Source: Catajapyx aquilonaris
Lineage: Eukaryota
Assembly: GCA_000934665.2 (NCBI GenBank)
Contig: KZ538193.1
Location: forward strand, 1 to 64,000
Length of the DNA: 64,000 bases
Direction: 5' to 3'
Shown: positions 38,601 to 53,100 of the stretch, piece after piece
Position numbering within the stretch: position 1 is the first letter of the stretch
How the letters are laid out: each line of letters opens with the position of its first letter
Program-made: the position numbers and the translations under genes
The notes under the pieces: generated by a model
What the model was told of the DNA's origin: nothing
Database searches by the model: none
What the model saw: only the letters and a program-made list of their open reading frames with translations

Positions 38601-40810
38601 AAAATAAAGAATAAAAATTTATGTAGTACATATCCACAAATAATTCCTGCAATATTTTCTTGACTCTTACTTGCTCTCCTAAACTGAGGAGCCCCCTGCA
38701 GAAATCTGCCCTAGAGCAAATGATTGAATTCCTGAATACACCTACGTATTTTGGGAATTCCCAGCATAAGTGGTATGACCGTAACAAGCTCATTTTTTTT
38801 AGCTACAGTGTGAGGTCTTTAGCAGCCGAAGTTAGTCATAAATTGATAATGCTAGGAATACGTTCCAATGAGGTTCTGAAAAGGTTTAACATTCCAAAAA
38901 TGAAGCCAAGACTTTATTGTTTAGAACATTCTCAATTACCCCATGATATTTGCAAACGTTTCGCAAATATCATGACATTGTTCACTTACCGCGTCACCCT
39001 GTAGCCTGTCAGATGAGTTTACTGCTTTCTGTAAACTTAACAGGGAAACTATAAATTGCAACACCAACACAGCAGGCAGTTAAAGTGTATAATCTCAAGG
39101 AAGTAATGGTTTGGGGCACTTCATAAATCGTGCCCAATTTTTAATACAGGTTCTTAAAAATGAGCGTAGGAAATATGATTTCAGAGGCTTTATTTTCATT
39201 GACAGTTTACGTGTAGTGTACATTACACCTTCTACCGGATCAGACACTACACCAATTGGTAGTTATGCCCATGCCATTATAAGACCTATAGAGCTCCATT
39301 TCAAAACACGTGTATTTTTCTTATCAACAATAACCATACACATATGGAGCAACATATTTTAGTACCGTTTTTTGGGGGGAAAGGGTCGACTGCAAGTATG
39401 AAGACACAAAAAAGTGACTGCATGGTGACAGTCAAAAATTGTGGAGCCTAATATAGGCCTAATCTTACTAAGCAGCATGAAGCGTTTGAATAGGAACTAT
39501 TTACAGTTTTTAGGGGGGGGCGGATGCTGGCTGTGGCACACTCAAACAAAAGGGAGGTTCTGAAGTAAACAACATTTACATGCATGACGCGTATAAGAAA
39601 CACAATTTTGCAATCGTGATCCAAAAGGTTTAAAATACATTTACAAATATGTGCAAAACATGGATACAATTGGTATTTTGTGACAGGTCCGTTGACGGTG
39701 CAGCGCTCATATAAGTCCTTTTTTTATTTGTTTCCAGCGGTGGTTTCATTTCCTCGAGGGTCATGTTTACGTATACAGTATACACCAGAGCAGTGCTCTT
39801 AACAACATTGTAATGCCAGCCTCGTCACGATTCAAAGTCCTTCTCTTGCGGCATCGGAGAAACTTGTGAGGAATAATGCGAATATAACCAACGTTACTGC
39901 GGGATTTCTGCCGATTCTCTCGCAGCTATTTTGCGATTTGGAAACGTCTACATGTATACGACACAAAACCGATGGGATACTGACAGAAATGTATTCAATA
40001 TGTGTGAGCACTCTGCTCACTGTTTTGCTAAACATTTATAATATTACTGTTCTTTGGATTTTTATGAGCAGGATATCCGCAACTAAAGGCAATAAGACTT
40101 GAATTGGCCAGCATTTTGATGCATCGCTCATGTCAGGAAAGTACCCGACATTACATTGTTTTCATACAATAAATAAAGACTGGAACTGGTGAGTTCAGAT
40201 AACGTACAAAACGCTCAATCAGTAAATGCTGTAATCGCAAACAATAAATGCAAAAATTTTAATGCGCCAACAAATATCTTTGTTGTTGTACAGTTTTCAA
40301 AATATCACTTAGACTCTGTAAACACAAATATTTCAGTTGAATTAGAAAAAATATCTGATTTTCTGCGACACTAAAGTTTAATTGCTTCAACAAATCATAT
40401 TTCTTGAACAGTATACACTCACACTCACTTGTAGCGTTTCTCTGTACAGTGTAAGTTGACACGGTGAACCAATTTGAATCATATTGCTTTTAATTGCGGT
40501 CATCCTGTAGAATCTGGAATCAACAATATTTCTTGCATGCCTGGAGAAAACTCTGCTGATTTATAAATAAATTTTGTACACTCTATTTATATGTGACAGA
40601 AGATGGCAACAACGACGGTGATGCGAGGTAGCGGGTTCTAAAGGCAAACTTTCATTTCTCTGAATGTTCCTGCCTTTGTTCTCCTATAATATTGCTACTC
40701 CGTATTTCTACCGTCACAATGGGTTTTTATTAATATATAAAAGGAATAAACCACGACATGATCCGGGCGTGACCTGACTTGACTTCCTCTTGCCTGTCCC
40801 TCAGTGACCT

Positions 40811-41314
40811 CTAGACGATCTGAAGTCCCTTGCTGAGCGACTCCATGTGCTCTTTGGCCTTAAGTCTGAGCGCAGCTATGCTGCTGTTCCTTGGGTCAGG
40901 CATGGAGTGGTCCATGGGCAGCTTGGCATCCCCGCTGCCCAGGGGCGGCGTCAGGGGCGTGACGGGAGACACGGCCGCCACGGGACTTCCCATGTTGGCC
41001 GCAACAGCCGCAGCCGCAGCAGCCATGGAGGTGGCCGCGGTCAAGGAGGTGACCCCGCTGACCATTATGGGCGCAGAGGCCGGAGGGGTGAGGTAGGACG
41101 GGTAGCATGTCTGGGGGTGGGAGAGGAACCCCGGTAGAGTGTGGGTCAGAGTGGTGTTGAGCAGAGGCGGAGTGAGCCACGGGTCCATCGGGAGGTTCAG
41201 ACTACTGCCTGGACCACGATTCAGGGTGCTTAGGGAGTACTCATTCAGGCCTAGCCTGGCCGCCTCCATCTTCTCCTGCCGTCTCCATTTGGCCCGCCTG
41301 TTTTGGAACCAAAC
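40811..41314 (-). CDS. Rx: Rx (retinal homeobox) terminal coding exon: helix 3, Rx motif, poly-Ala, OAR
   Basis: Acceptor ttttgtcattccag. Translates VWFQNRRAKWRRQEK…LPMDPWLTPPL…LPGFLSHPQTCYPSYLTPP…DPRNSSIAALRLKAKEH…KGLQIV*. The RRQEK extension, Rx motif and OAR are diagnostic of Rx/Rax. Confidence 0.96.
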   Translation of the reverse strand, partial: VWFQNRRAKWRRQEKMEAARLGLNEYSLSTLNRGPGSSLNLPMDPWLTPPLLNTTLTHTLPGFLSHPQTCYPSYLTPPASAPIMVSGVTSLTAATSMAAAAAAVAANMGSPVAAVSPVTPLTPPLGSGDAKLPMDHSMPDPRNSSIAALRLKAKEHMESLSKGLQIV

Positions 41315-44300
41315 CTGGAATGACAAAACAGTTCTATTTCTAAAAGGCTGTTGTCCTTAACAATCCGGAAGTTATAAACTAATTCTGTAAGTAGCGTGAT
41401 GCCAGCCCCCTCCACCCACCGCAAAAATCATGCGTCCACGAATCTGGAAACATTCCAGCGCATTCCCGAGTAGGCCTCGGGAGGGCCAGCAAAGGGCAAT
41501 TTCCTGAATATCACGTGGGTGTGTAATGAAGGGAAAGGAGGGGGCGGCCATCAGGTCTGGGGGCCCCGTGTTGACAAACGTCTCCATTCAGCCTCCGTTA
41601 GGGGGCCAATTCCGCACGAGTCGACGGTCACTTTGGACCTAACCTCCCCCTTTTTGCAATTGAAGTGCTCCCTCCCCCCCCTCCCCTCCCTGTTCCCTCC
41701 TTGGCGACGGCGACGACGCCGGGCGTCCCCAATATCGCCGTGGGGCTGGTTGGGGCGCCGGCGGAGGGCCAATTTTCCGGCCGAGAAGGCCCGCAGAGTC
41801 GAAATAAATTCCTCTTAGCCAAACTTTCCGCGCTTTTATCAAGTTAGCGGCCAAGCAAGCGGAGGCCTCTCCCTCCCCTCCCTCGCCTCTCCCCACTCTC
41901 TCCAGTCCGGCCATGGCCAACCGAGCGTGGAGATCCGGATCACCCCCCCCTTTCCAGCCCGGAACCTATAGCCTTTTTCCTACCCCCGCCGGATAGACAA
42001 GATTCGATCTGGCACGCAGGCGCCGTTTTACAGCAGACAGAGCCAATCAATCACTCCAAAGTGTGTGCGAGTTACGGGGGTTCGGGCACTTACAGTAATG
42101 TCATATTTTCGGTCCTGCTCAGCTCTTCTCGCACTTGTTCAATCGTGTATATAAACATGCATATATTTTGTGTGTAAAATATTGCAACGGAATATAACAG
42201 TTGTCAAAATGTGCATTTTTTTTTTTTTGCATATGATTGGTCTAAGATAGTATACATAATATTAAGATATTGAACATATTGGCATTAAGTTCAATTTAAA
42301 ATAATGGAATTTACTATTTTAAATGTTACGTAATATAAATGTGAGATTCAAACCTAATAAGGACATATTTCCTCATGATATGACGTTGTTTCGCTATTGG
42401 GAAAAACGATATTATTGAACTATAGCAATAAAATTTGTAATCTGTCTAGGAGTCGCCTTAAATTGTTGCCTACCCTGCCACAAAATTGTGTAATGAGCCT
42501 GAAAATTATGTGCTTATTGATTACCCAATGCAGACGGAAGGTGCTACATTACGTGAATTCTAGACGTACTGTACAGAATACGTACAGTAGAGAGTAAAAA
42601 TTGTGGCTGGAACTTTACATGAAGAAATCAATAATTGATAGTACAAATAAAAGATGGCAGTAAAGTTATGTTTTTTGAGTCATAAAATCATGAATGCTTA
42701 CAACTGAATAATATCAAGTATAGGCCGGCAGCCGGCACTGTCACATATCCAATAATAGTGGATACCATGTCATAATTTTTTCTTGCATTTTTGACACTTA
42801 ATTTTGATAGCGCGCCTATATAAACGAAAGTTACGCAATATCCTGAAGCTTCAACAGAGAGCAATGCAGCACATTCAGGTATTCTGTCAATAAAATACAG
42901 TGAACATATTCAGCCATCATAATTAACAGGGCATGTGCCATATACATCGTAGGTTACTATCACGATTTAACGACCAATAAACATACATTTTTCATGCTCT
43001 GTTGCTCATAATCCAAGTCGTTCATGCTGCCCTTTCTGTAGTATTCAACCGGCTGTTATGTAACTCACTATAAATTATTTCCAGCGAATTTTCTACTATA
43101 CTTCTTCACTTGAAATATACCTCATTTTTCTTTTGGACGTATATGAGTGTAGGTTTTATTGCAATAATAATAATAATAATATTCCAATGAAAATGACAAA
43201 AAGTTCCCTTGCTCCTTGACTGATGTGTACATGGCTGATCCTGGCCCTTGCACCACCAAAGTGCCTCAATTGCACTGCAGTGAAGTGTCCGTCCAGGCTC
43301 AGCCCAACTCATTTGCCCAAAACAACACTTCCCCCACCTCCTTCCCCATTTTGCATCCCGATTTTTTTTTTTTTCGCGCCAGACTCGCTTGTTAGGAAGG
43401 CCATGCTTCTCAATTAAGGTGATTCCCCCAACAGCATCAAATGGAGCAGAAGACAAAGGAAAAGGGGCCTGGGATTAGCCGGGGGAAGGCTTTTGTGCAG
43501 CATCAGGAGGAGGGAGTGCTCTCCGGAGGGACACCTCGATGGTCCTGAGGCGAATTAGCGCCGGGGGCGTCGGTTGGGCGTCGTCGTCTGCTGGATGCCG
43601 GGGTGGATGGTGGTTGTTTGGAAGGAAGGAAGGTTGCAGACTGCATACAATCAAGCCGCCATTCAGGCCTCGTCTGGAGGAGCAGCCCTGGGGCCGCCCC
43701 CACCACCCAATGAAGTTTGTTCCGTTCCGCTCGATCTGTCATTCACTGGGATGCTGCGTCCCTTCCCTCCGAAATTGATTTTAAACTGATACATTAATTG
43801 ACAATTTAGCGCTCTTCTTTGCCGAGCTAATGGCTTGGCCAAGACGCTTCAAATTGAGTAAATCTAATAAAAACTTTCCTGAAAGTCGGTGGTTGGATGG
43901 GTGGGGAGGAAAAGATTGTGGGGAAAAGAGGAAGAAAATTTTTTGTGGGGGTAAGGGGGGAGAGAGAGAGAGGACGCTGCCAAGTCCAATAATGGAGGCC
44001 GCCATACGCTGCAGGATATTTGGAAGGGCGCGCCGACACTTTTTGGTCCGGGAGACCTGAAAAGGGAATCTATTGGACAATTTGCCAATAACTGCCAAAG
44101 CGTCGTGACTTGTATTGTAAATCCCGTTGGCTTGGGGCGCCGTGCTTTTAAAGGGTAATGCGGCGAAATGAGTTTCATATGAAATCACCCAAATCTAATA
44201 GGAAAAAATGGGAATTTTTTGCAGTTTGAAAAAAACAGGGAAGGTTCTCTGCATGAAGATGCCCTTGCACTTATAACCCCGGAGAGCTTTCCATCTCATC

Positions 44301-47300
44301 CGGTCCGATGCGGTGGATTGGGTTGCATCAGTCTGGATTGATTTGGTCACGTCCTTCCAGATATATCAATACAGAGCCTAGGAAACAAAGCCGAGTGAAA
44401 TATTCAGGCTGGCGGGGACCTGAGAAATGGACGAGTTTTGTACACCCCCAGTCGCATAAAATATGTCCAGCAAATACAGGTATGCGTGCGAATTGCTGAT
44501 AGAATCAGCCCTCCGAAAATGTAAGCGAACATTGCGTAAATTGTGGCGCTACGAGATTAGCCAACTCCCTGCATTAATCCCTATGGGCTTCGGCCACGTT
44601 TTAAGTGCTTCCAGTCGATTAGCTCATAACCCTGAGAGAGAGTGTTAGATATTCTCCCCTTGTGCCGCTTGCCGAATATGTAATTTGGCCTCCACTGCGT
44701 ATATATGCGGGAGCCCGAAATGTCATGCAGAGTTACAGTTATCAATTGTTTAATCGTAGTGCCTTTTCCGCACACGTATATCAAAAGGAAGCGGATCAAT
44801 TTTCTCGATCGGGTATATAGTCGACTTTAGCTCTACTTAGAAAATTAGCGGGCGCCTATTGCATAAATCAGAAGGAATCTTGCTTTTGCCCGAGTGTGGC
44901 ACGACCTTGATGTCAAAATGGGTAGTTTCCCAATCCATGATTACTAAAGACGATTGTGCAAAAGGCGCGAACTGTAATCAAACACAAAAATGGGCGTGAT
45001 CAATGCTCTAGTTTTCACACCTATAGACTTTTCCCGGGTCAACCGGCTCCTATTTCTGTTAATCAAAATCGACTTAATTGGACCAAACAGGGTGCGTGGT
45101 AATTAGATTGGCGTTGTTTGGTTGAACCCTCCTTTTTCCAAAGCCACGTTTCCCACGTCCGACAGATATCCGGAGGCGATCACCCGAAGAATAGTGCATG
45201 GGATAGAGGATATACATACAGGGGGAGACCCTATAACCCCCTAGGGCCCACGCGAGGATTATCAGACGCAGACTCATTAATTTTTATCCAGAGCCCCTGC
45301 TATTAAAATGATCGTGTGCCTGTCGGTCTTAATTGAGATGGCTGCCAGATTAGCACGTGTGCGGAGGATCATGTTTAGTTACTAAAATTTTGGGGGGGAT
45401 TGCTCATAAAGGACAATCAGAAATGGATTTTTGTACTCTTGGTTTATGGCAAAATTGGCCAGATCCGACCGATGATTGCCCCTTCTCAACTTTCGTGTCG
45501 AGGATAGTACCGGTCAAGTGGTTGGTATCCTCCTCCGCGCTTCCCCAACAATTGGCCCCAATTTCTGAAAGGACCTCTTCCATTGAAAGCGGGTCAGCCG
45601 ATGCCCCCTTTGGGGACCCCTCCGCTTTTTCATTCAGCCGAAGACGGAAGTAGTGCGTGAAAAAGAAGGGTCGTGTGGCCCCAGTTTGTGTATGTCAACT
45701 GTTCAACTCCTTCCCATCAATTGGCATAGAGCCTTTCGACCTGGAAATTGGATCCGCCGCTTCTTCTAAAAAAATGGAGGAGGAAAATAAAGGTACGAGT
45801 GAAGGGGCCGAATCCTCTTCAAACCTTTTTTCTTTTTAGAAGGGAGGGGTCGTGTAAGCTTAACACGAACCTTGATCCCAGAAGCATGAAACATGTCTAA
45901 GGAAAAACCAGCTTTCTGATCCTGTCACAAGTCTTCACTTTACAATTCAGATGACAGCCCCAGCGATATTTAATTTGGTCATTCGATCTTAAGCAGATTT
46001 AAGGGAGAACCCAATGTTTGACTGGAACCCCTCCACATTCTTTTGTGTGTGTGTGTGTCCTTCTTTGATCTCCGATTATGAGCCAATATGGTGAGCGGCC
46101 AACAAGCCCGAGGCCACGATAAACTCTCCCGGTCCCAACAAAGACCCCCATAGAACCCTGAATGAGACCGGGAAAAGCTGGCAATATTAGACGCGATTGT
46201 GAAGGGGGTTCCGCCCACCAGTCCTTACTAATGGACCGGCTTACAAAACTCGCTCCAGAAAATATTCGGGCAGCCCGGGATTGGCGAAATCTGATTTCCC
46301 CGAGGTAGTACCCTTCATTATAAAATCTCGACTCCCACAAGTCTGTGGGGTATATAATAAAACAAGGATTCCCCCCCATACCCCCGGAACGCCTCGGATG
46401 CACCGGATTCCCTCCCCCATTTTCCGGAATTGAAAGTTTGCTGCCGATTAGAGGAAATGCGGCTAAACGGGTTTTTATTAATGCCGACAGGGTGTGTCAT
46501 AATGATCGAGACAAGCCTGCAAAGTAGTGTGCGTTGAAGATACACTTTAGTAAGTAGCTTCAATCGGCATGTCTGCCAACTGCCACTGTGCAGCATGTCA
46601 AAGGGTTGGGCAGGCCTTTTCAAAAGAGAAGAGCTGCTGTGCTGAGAGCACCCAATCTCCAGCATCACCATCCGGAGGCGGCAGTCCAAAAGAGCCTCAA
46701 CGGCCTTTGTGCACGTGATTCGACAAGCCTGAATGCAAGGACCACCTCTTTAATTGCGCTCTATTAGAGCAATTAGGCCCTCAAAAGTGCCGCTATCTCA
46801 GAGTCTCCCCCCCTTAGGACGGGAGAGATCGGCTATCAAAAACAGCAGCCTATTATGAACGGTTTTTTTTTGAATTGGCCTTAATGCTCGCTTTCTTCTT
46901 CCATGCTGCTGTTGCCGAACCTTTTACGCAACTTATATACCAACTGCACTGGCACGTGAACGTTGATAAAACTATGATGAAATTAAACTGCCGGATAAAC
47001 CGAACGACCCTGTCAGACTTTATCACTCTGTGACAACTATGTACATGCCTGATTACCGTAACTGCCATAAAGCCCTCCCCATGGGAACCCCCACTGCCAC
47101 CCCAGGAAAAGAATAAGTAAACACCAGCCAAAGGACATAAACGGGCAAACCTACATTCGTGCAACTAGGCCATGTTTTGCATTTCCCCCCGACCTTGTCT
47201 TATCTTCCGTGTCATTAATTGCGGGGCCCCCAAAGTGCACGGGGTGCAACACGTCACGTGTCTAGTTTTTGCCAATAAAATGCGCATTATGTTAGTGTGT

Positions 47301-49659
47301 GTCCTCTAAATTTGCTCCTGGCAATTATTATTGTAGAGCGAACCTCGAAAAGGTTGCGTACAAACAAACCCACACGTGGCAACATCAGCTGAAACCAGGG
47401 GAGGATTTTGTGTCAGAGTAGTTTGCAGGCGGATCCAAGCTTATTGTCCTCGGAAAGAGGTCCTTTGGGTGTCGCGTTTGAAAGAGCGGGGCACATCAGA
47501 GCAGGATGGGGTGTCCCCCAGTACCAAGATAGCTGTTAGTAATCTGGGGGAACCCTCGGACGCTCTCTTTGCATTATTATTGTCAGGCCATTCTACACAC
47601 AGCACCCCTCACAAACTACGAGTTTTTTTTACAGTCTCTAAAAGTTTGGGTAGGGTCCGCCGCACGCCTACAGGTTTATAGGGTCACAAAAGAGTTGGGC
47701 CCGGAAATTATTCTTTATTCTGATGCTGAGTGCTTGATGTGCACTCGGGTCGACCCTTATGCCCACTTGACATTATTGCCCAGACCCTTCTCTGGTGTTT
47801 ACTCCGGACTTCAAAACTGTTTCAAACTTAATTTACGAATTTGAGCAGAATGAAAATGGCATTTTCTTTTCTTGAAATGTCTCGTCAAAAATGTACGAAA
47901 AACATAGTTTAACAATGGTATTATTCGCCCCTAATTTTCTCGCATGTGTAAGGCTGCAGCACACAAGATGTAATATTCCAAGTAATCCAATTTTCTTCAC
48001 AAGCTCACCACTCCAAAGCTGGAAAATAACCTCTCCTGCTGGGTCCTAAAAAGGCCGTTTTCCCCTTTCTTAATGCATCTGACATTTTTCTAAGCCACCT
48101 TTGTTTACGTTCTGAGTCCAATTTATTCGCAACCCCAAACTTCACCTAATTACACGCACTTAACGCTAAAAAAAAAACCTTTTCCCTCTTTCCTAAAAAG
48201 AGTCGGCAGCAGTTGGCAGGCTGAGAAATTGTCTTTAAAAAGTGGTATTTCCACCAAACCCCTTAGAGAACCCTGTGCTTTGAAGAAGTGTCTGAAGGGG
48301 TTATGACATTGCTAGACGCACCGCCAGAAGGTTAGAAGGTGGCTAATGATGCATTTTTTTTCTCTCTCTCTCACCTTGGTCCCCGGGATTTCCAAGCAAG
48401 AGAGTCCTATAAGGTCTGAAACTCTTGGGGAGTGGTGGTAAAGCAAGGTTTTGGTGCTGTGTGGGGGACTGGCCTGCATTGCCTCTCTTTCCTATTAGGG
48501 CGGTAAAAACTGCACAAAAGAGCCTGTGAGGGAAAGGGGATTGGAAGGCTAGGCAAGGGGCAAATTACAGGGCGGTCTGGTGACGGAACTGTCAAGCGCA
48601 GGTTCCAACCCGCCTCGGTAATATAATCTCGGGTAATGGAGGTTATTGAAGGAATCGGGCCAAGATCTTTTCTGCCGAGTGTGCTTTGGGCTGCAAAGGA
48701 GACGGAATTAAAGGAGGAGTGTGAGATTTTGGCCGGATCGTCTTAAAAAGACACTTCCGAGTTGCCTTTGGACGATGCTAATGGACTCCACAGATTCTAT
48801 ATGAAGCTCATTTGCCGGGTTGGGGAATTATTTTTTAAAGCGGTGAGTAAAATTGATTAAATGGTGGAAACACCGAAAGTCGGTTGAAAGGAGTCGATTC
48901 TGCGGTGGAATTGCCAAAATTGTAATGCCGCGGGAGAGGTATTCATGGAGCGACAAGTTGCTGAAAATGGCGTTTTAAATGGGTGTCGTGTATGAGTGTA
49001 TACAGTATATTAGTTTCACTGCTCTGTTTGCAGTGCATGTCGCGAAAGTTAATGACGAGGCAAGGTGGTAAATGACTTGGCCATTTTCAGTTTTTGAGCT
49101 ATTGGTATTAGGTATAAAGTTTGGATTACGTCTCTGCTATCTGCCATTACTAAAGGAAACAGTTAAACACATTCTGAAACCCTTTTCTTCGAATTTCATA
49201 AGAATTCGCAATCATGTGCTATTCTCATTATCTTCATGAAAAGTTCTTTCTATAAAAGTACCCTGTGTATTTGTTGGAGATAATCACCAACAGTGATTGA
49301 AGGTAATTAATAATCATAACAACCGCCGTCATCGCCATCGTAAACCGCATAATTAATGGCACTTTATGTTTCCGACATTAACGCGATATTTATCCTGACT
49401 ATTCATATAGCCACCCACGCGTCTCTCTTGTTTAACGGGAAGTCTAACTGCGAGGATGATTATATTAAATCGAGTAGCTAAGCACAATAATAATATTACT
49501 GTAGAGTAAAAACATGCAAAAAAAGTCATGTCGTATAGGAGCAATCAAAACCGCTTGAGAGTCTCTTGGTGACCTCACTGGTTACCTCTGAATTTGCCAT
49601 AATTTTTAATAACGTAGAAGCATAAATGCATAATTTTCTGAAACCACGTTGTGTAAATG

Positions 49660-50140
49660 TACAGAGTAATCCTTTAATTCGGGAGGCTATAATCAACATG
49701 GATTACTGCTAGGCTCTAATCCTGCAGGAGTTTCTGACGTCACGATATCTCTTAGACACTACCCCTGTAATTAGCTCATTATAATTCAAGCTCAGGTTAT
49801 TTTTCATCCAATGGAGATAATTTTGTTGACAAGAATAACACGAGCCCCGCTTTTGTAGCCCCGTTTTCCGCCATTTATTTTCACAAAGGGAATCCGAAAC
49901 AAAAGAGGCGTAATTAGATCTGCATCCTGCGAAGGTGGTGGATAGATATAGGCTCCGTGTGAGAACTAGCTCTTGCGTGTAATTAATCTGATGTGTGCTA
50001 ATTGGAGGTTGGGCAGCCGTTTCACTGAACGAGGGAAATTAGATCTAATTTCGCCGCGTTAATTTTTCCCTAATTACAGGCCTTTGCTTGTTTGATAAGC
50101 GAATGACGCACTTTGAGACTCTGTGTCCAAGTTTAATTTC
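49660..50140. promoter_or_regulatory. Candidate intronic enhancer (homeodomain-site cluster) in Rx intron
   Basis: Three TAATCC/GGATTA sites (49667, 49700, 49717), TGACGTCA (49735), TAATTA/TAATTG at 49768, 49911, 49980, 49999 and 50071, and palindrome GAAATTAGATCTAATTTC (50035-50052). Confidence 0.4.
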
Positions 50141-53100
50141 ATCATGTCGGGGTGTCGCAAAATATTTCACATCTGTCGACTCTAGTGACCAACAAAAAAA
50201 AATTGGTTTATTAGATTATCTGTCCTGTTTCGAGTCCCTTGTTCAGACAATTTTTTTTTGGTGACAATTTTTGCGAGTGACCCTAGTTCCCCTTGCGGAC
50301 ATAATTCAGCGCATTAAAAGGTCGCAATTGAATTTTGTCGCAGCAAAAGAGTCAAGGTGAAGAGAGGTTGAGAGGACAATTTTTGTCAATTAGGTGGGCA
50401 GATGATAATGTAAAGCAAAGCTGTGGGCACTCCCAAGCATTAGCCGTGGAACAGCATGCTAACAGCACACTGTGACAGAATGGCGCCTCCACTTCTCATT
50501 AACACTTCTCTTTCCTCTCCCGGGCTGCGAGTTAAAATAGCTAATAACTTTCTCATTAGGACTTTGATTAATGTTATGTGCTAAATTTGCGTCTTGAATA
50601 CCGTAAATGAAGTAAATGAATTACGGGTTAATCAAGCCCTGTTAACCGCATTACGTTGGATCATCTTCATCAACACGTTGCTGCTCTCTAATCTAATTTC
50701 ACACCGACGAGGGCAGAGACTTTTGCTGTTCCCAGTTAATTCATTTAGCCCGCGCGGATTGCGGCAAATTGATAAAGATCGGAGGGAAAGGGGAGGAGGG
50801 AAAAGGCGGGGGAGGGGGGGAGGGAGGGAGGGAAATGGGTATCGTGGGAGATTTATGCTGCCACTTGACACGCAGCTTGAGCTTGCAAAAGCACAATCCA
50901 CACTCTATACCCACCCACACCCACAGCTCCATCTTGATTCGCCTTTGCGTTTTCTGTCCCTTCACTTAAAACGAGGAATAAGAGGAGGGATGGGAGNGGG
51001 GGGCATGATTAATAAAACGGACGTGATTAATACGACGATGCTGCAGCCTCATCAATTACAAGAGGACACATAAAAAATTATTTTAAATACATAACTGCAG
51101 TTTTGACTCACCTTGTATATCTATATACAACCAGTGTCTTGTCAACAAATCATTATCACTTAATTATAGTCCAGTACAGCAGGTTTTCTATGTTTTGTCA
51201 ATGCCCATGTTTTACGAGCAGTTCTGCAGTATATATATACGATCCGCCATAACTAAGCCATATAAAGAGCTCGGGTTATCGTTTTTCTACAGATGATACA
51301 ATACGTATGAATGGATAATTCCCTCATATACGAATAGGGGAGAATAAAAAAAGGAAAACATAACGTGTTTATGGTCTTTTAACGGCGAATTCGTCCCACT
51401 TGCAAGGGATGATAAAAGAAGAATTTCTCGCATGAAGGAAACGAACCCGAAACACGTGAAACACTACGTACTTTCTTTCCCATTTGCGTTGTCGTAGGCA
51501 ATATTCAGAAAAGAGTTATGAATCCTCCCGCATTTCGTGTTACGTCAGACCCATGCTTTTTGCAAAGGCGCGCTATTTCTCCCCGGCTCACACTATAAAC
51601 TCACGGGGGCTTTTTTTTTTAACAAAGTAACCCTGGAGAATTAATGTTCAGATTAATTATTTTATTTCATTGGCCGGCTCACGTAAAATTTCCTCTGCGA
51701 TGGATATCTGCCATCAAACTGTCCCCAGTCACGTACATATGATAATCGTTGCAACGGCAGTCCCCCTGTTTACTAATAAAACAGCCTCGTTCCCCCTTCT
51801 ATGCGACTAATAAACCCCAAATGACTTAATGCCAGTTATACGTCCAGCCGAGAATTGCGTAATTACATAGACGCATTTAGATTGAAAAGACATAGCACGT
51901 AAGTTAAAGGCCTTTTTGGAGCTCGGTTTGGGGCCAATGGCACACTGCTACGATAAGTTGGATCACGAATCTAATAAACTCGTGGTTTCCCCCACCCAAC
52001 ACCACCCACTCAAAGCACCCCCGTTAAATTCTGGCCCAGAACATATATAAATGGTGCAATCTAGTTTATCAATAGACCAACTATGCAGGGCACTGATGCT
52101 ATAAATGTTGTTGTTTTATTAGAAATTTTAATTAGTTGTCAGTTTCCTGTTCAATATTGATCTGAACTGTTTCGCACGAAATTTATCGTCCCGGATCCAC
52201 CAGATAATCTTCGATGCAAATGAGTCAGATACTGTAATTCGTTTAGAACCAAAGATGTGGCCGTAACAGTGTTACAGTGCAGAGGCGTTGACATTTATAT
52301 AACCCCATTTTAAATAACCTTATTCCAACTTATGTCAAATGAAATGCTATAAAAGGACAATAGTTCGAGATACATCTGACAGTATAATTCCCCAACACTG
52401 AAATCTGGGCCGTCATGAAAGCAATATTCCTCACACACGCTGCATACGACATCAATGACATTGCAGCTAATTATAGATCCATTTCTTCCGCACCATATAT
52501 ACAACATATCGACCAGCAACTCCCAAGCTCGTCAAGTTTATTGTGGCCGCCTTGTGAAAGAGAATAGCACGCGCAGACCTCAATTCAAGTTTGGAGTCCC
52601 AAACTAGCGATGCGGGAAAACTTTTTTTTCTCTCTCTCTCTCTCTATTTTTTTGCAACCATGCCACAAGCGAGCGTTATCGACAAAACCCTAACCGTGCT
52701 AAATGGAATTTAACGCCAATGGTCGCTACCAATGGCAGGGTTGGAGAGACACGGTGGAAAAAAGAGTGAGACAGCCAGCAAAACCCGAGGGCGGGCATGG
52801 CGGCCATTTGGAGCAGATGATGTGTTTCCGAGCTCTTCTCCGAAACGCGGCTTCAATTTTCCAGCTTAAGACGTAATTTTGGTGGAGGCTCGTCCGCTCA
52901 ACTCGGGGCTATGGAGGTGATATCAACCGTAACCGTATAATAGAAAAGACACTATTGCCTCCTCATTACTTCAATAACTGTGGGAACTCTGCAGGCTGTG
53001 GGGTGCACCATGGGGGCAAGAGGGGAGGGTGAGGCTTTCCCTTAATGCTCCCGGATCTATTCCCATCCAGGGCGATAAAACGGGACAAATGTTCCTATTA

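Noticed and set aside
40830..41360. Antisense and alternate-frame ORFs over the Rx and hbn exons (also 14252-14566, 18071-18388, 23320-23805, 60742-61065)
   Set aside because: Shadow ORFs caused by GC-rich codon usage of the real exons.
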